Both the position numbers and the translations under genes were made by a program. From Aplysia californica (taxonomy: Eukaryota), in NCBI RefSeq assembly GCF_000002075.1, contig NW_004797348.1, positions 1,399,851 to 1,463,850 of the forward strand: DNA of 64,000 nt, in the 5' to 3' direction. Below the pieces are notes generated by a model, which saw only the letters and a program-made list of their open reading frames with translations, did not search any database and was not told the DNA's origin. Position 1 is the stretch's first letter; each line of letters starts with the position of its first letter. Shown here piece after piece: positions 62,158 through 64,000 of this stretch.

Positions 62158-62604
62158 TATGAGGCAGCATGGTGAAATCAGGTGCTGGTCAAAATAATGA
62201 AATTGTAGAAAATGACACTTTTCCATCAGTTTTGCAATTTTTGTCAAATTTTTGTTTTTTGGCTCAACACCCTTTTTAAGGCATTCAAGAACAAATTTCT
62301 GTATGGATTTCACTGAAAAATGATGATTAAAGGCACACAAAAAAGTAAATTTTCAATATATCCATGGACTCTCAAACTAGGGAAATAACCAATATGTGGC
62401 TGCCATTTTCTTGGTAATTTTACCTCTGAAACCAGGCTACTTCCACCTCCTTCAATCGCAAATATTTTGCCTTGTATTCAAGATAAATGGGTATTTAAAT
62501 TTTTTTCTAAGAAATCAAGACAAATGAACAAGCTTTAATATTGCACCAATAATTCTGCATTCCCAAAAATTGACAAGCGCCTGATTCCCACGCGTCTTGA
62601 TATA
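62158..62604. mobile_element. Family X MITE, copy 3
   Basis: gaggcagcatggtgaaatcaggtgctggtcaa ... aattgacaagcgcctgattcccacgcgtc; colinear internal sequence; flanked by (TA)n. Confidence 0.78.
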
Positions 62605-63795
62605 TATCATATATTTGTTGACTATGGGAAAGTAGATCCTGCAATCTTTGTCACAGGGCCAACAGCCTGCTAAAAGGGGAATGAGGTAGGAACATTCTTC
62701 ATCATCTGTTTTCAGGCTCCCTCTTTTGTAATTTATTATTTACTGTCTACACACACAGGCCTCAACATGACATAAAAGAAAAGACTAGACCTGCTGTACT
62801 GGGACATGCAATTGTTTTACCTTTCATGATAATTTCCAGAAAAATTCATTCCAACTGTGCAGTGGAGTTAAACTACCTCCCAAGAAACAGCGGGTAATGG
62901 CCATAAAAGAGATTATTTGTATACCTCTCTGCCCAGTAGGAATGACACCATTTCTTTAATACCCACACAGAATTCTTAAAAGACAAAACGCACATACTTT
63001 ACATGCTCTCTTGTTATAGAGATACCCGGATATTGACTCATTCTTTTCTAATCTTCATTGAAAAATTAAAAACAAAGTGACTATTTCTCAGAACACTCGG
63101 GAAAATAAACTTGACATCTATTTCTCCTAACGGTTTCCGTTCTCGAGATAAATTGGTTATTTGCGAGAGTTCGGTATCATCTTTCATTCTGCCGTCGCCG
63201 TTCTGCAAAGACTGGGAAGAAGCATTTTTTGCATTGAATCCAATTTCTAGAGCTAGAAATTTTTAAGGTCTGATTATTCAGATACTTCAGTTGGTTATGG
63301 CAACGTTACAGGACTTAACTCCATTTGAAAATGCCTTCAAAAGGTACTGCGAGAAAAAGAGACTGCTTGACTTTGGCAGTAACCGTTTTGCATTTTAGTC
63401 ACCCCTAAAGCAAAAACTATTTTTTTTAAAGGGAGGAGTTCCGCAGACCTACCGTGACAAGGTCCAGTTAGCAAACTATACAACAGTTAGGGCAAGGGTT
63501 AGGGTATAATACCTTGCTCAAAATACGAAGTGGCTATTCGGACTCGAGTCTGAATCGGACTCAAACTCCAATGCGCATTACTCTGAATGACTGACCTTTC
63601 TTCCCTTTGGAAGGGTTTTAACTTTTCTCTTCTTAATTTCGAACTGGACTTCCAATTGACAAATATGATTTTGTCTTTCTCGTCAAATAAAGCTGGTTAG
63701 ACTACCTCCTTTGCTGTACTGAAACTTTGATTTTCAATTTTTTTTTCACTGCTTTGAGCTCAGATTGCCATTTCCCTGTTTGCCTCTGTTGTGTA

Positions 63796-64000
63796 CAGTC
63801 GAACCTGCCTTAACGGAAACCTGTGTAAAACGGAAACCTGTCTTTACGGAATCTCCCTGCTCCCCCTTTGATATATTCCTCTTTAATTACATAAAACGGA
63901 AACCTGTCCAACGCGGAAACGGAAAGAAAAATCCACTCCCTTCCGAGGGTTTCACCTGTCTAAGAAGGAAAATGCTTTGCCCACTCAGCCCTGATTTGAG
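63796..64000. mobile_element. Left end of a pogo/Tigger-like MITE running out of the window
   Basis: TA|CAGTCGAACCTG followed by repeated ACGGAAACCTG subterminal motifs. Confidence 0.65.

Noticed and set aside
62000-64000. Searched for the PIAS first coding exon (MADxxELK-like) and promoter
   Set aside because: No matching ATG-exon with donor found; presumed beyond the window end.

Overview
Eukaryotic (animal, probably gastropod mollusc; inferred from repeat types and gene sequences) draft-genome window with many N gaps and microsatellites. It holds two convergent intron-containing genes. On +, the 3' six coding exons of a MEF2 transcription factor (16313-22846); its MADS/MEF2-domain exons are not visible and presumably lie upstream. 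On -, almost all of a PIAS SUMO E3 ligase (SAP, PINIT, SP-RING, SIM; 61991 to 38739; first coding exon outside the window). I reconstructed all exons by hand with GT-AG boundaries and consistent phases. Most notable: (1) the PINIT-motif exon of PIAS is tandemly duplicated as two 135-nt exons separated by a 67-nt intron, the signature of mutually exclusive splicing; (2) the last PIAS exon has two acceptors 37 nt apart that read different frames, each encoding a SUMO-interacting-motif-like sequence; (3) PIAS has a frame-preserving 30-nt microexon candidate; (4) the E3 ligase sits tail-to-tail with a known substrate class, MEF2, which keeps its [12 protein letters not shown] motif, with about 16 kb of probable 3'UTR between them. 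The rest is introns with MITEs, SINEs and LINE fragments, including a TSD-flanked bipartite non-autonomous retroelement.
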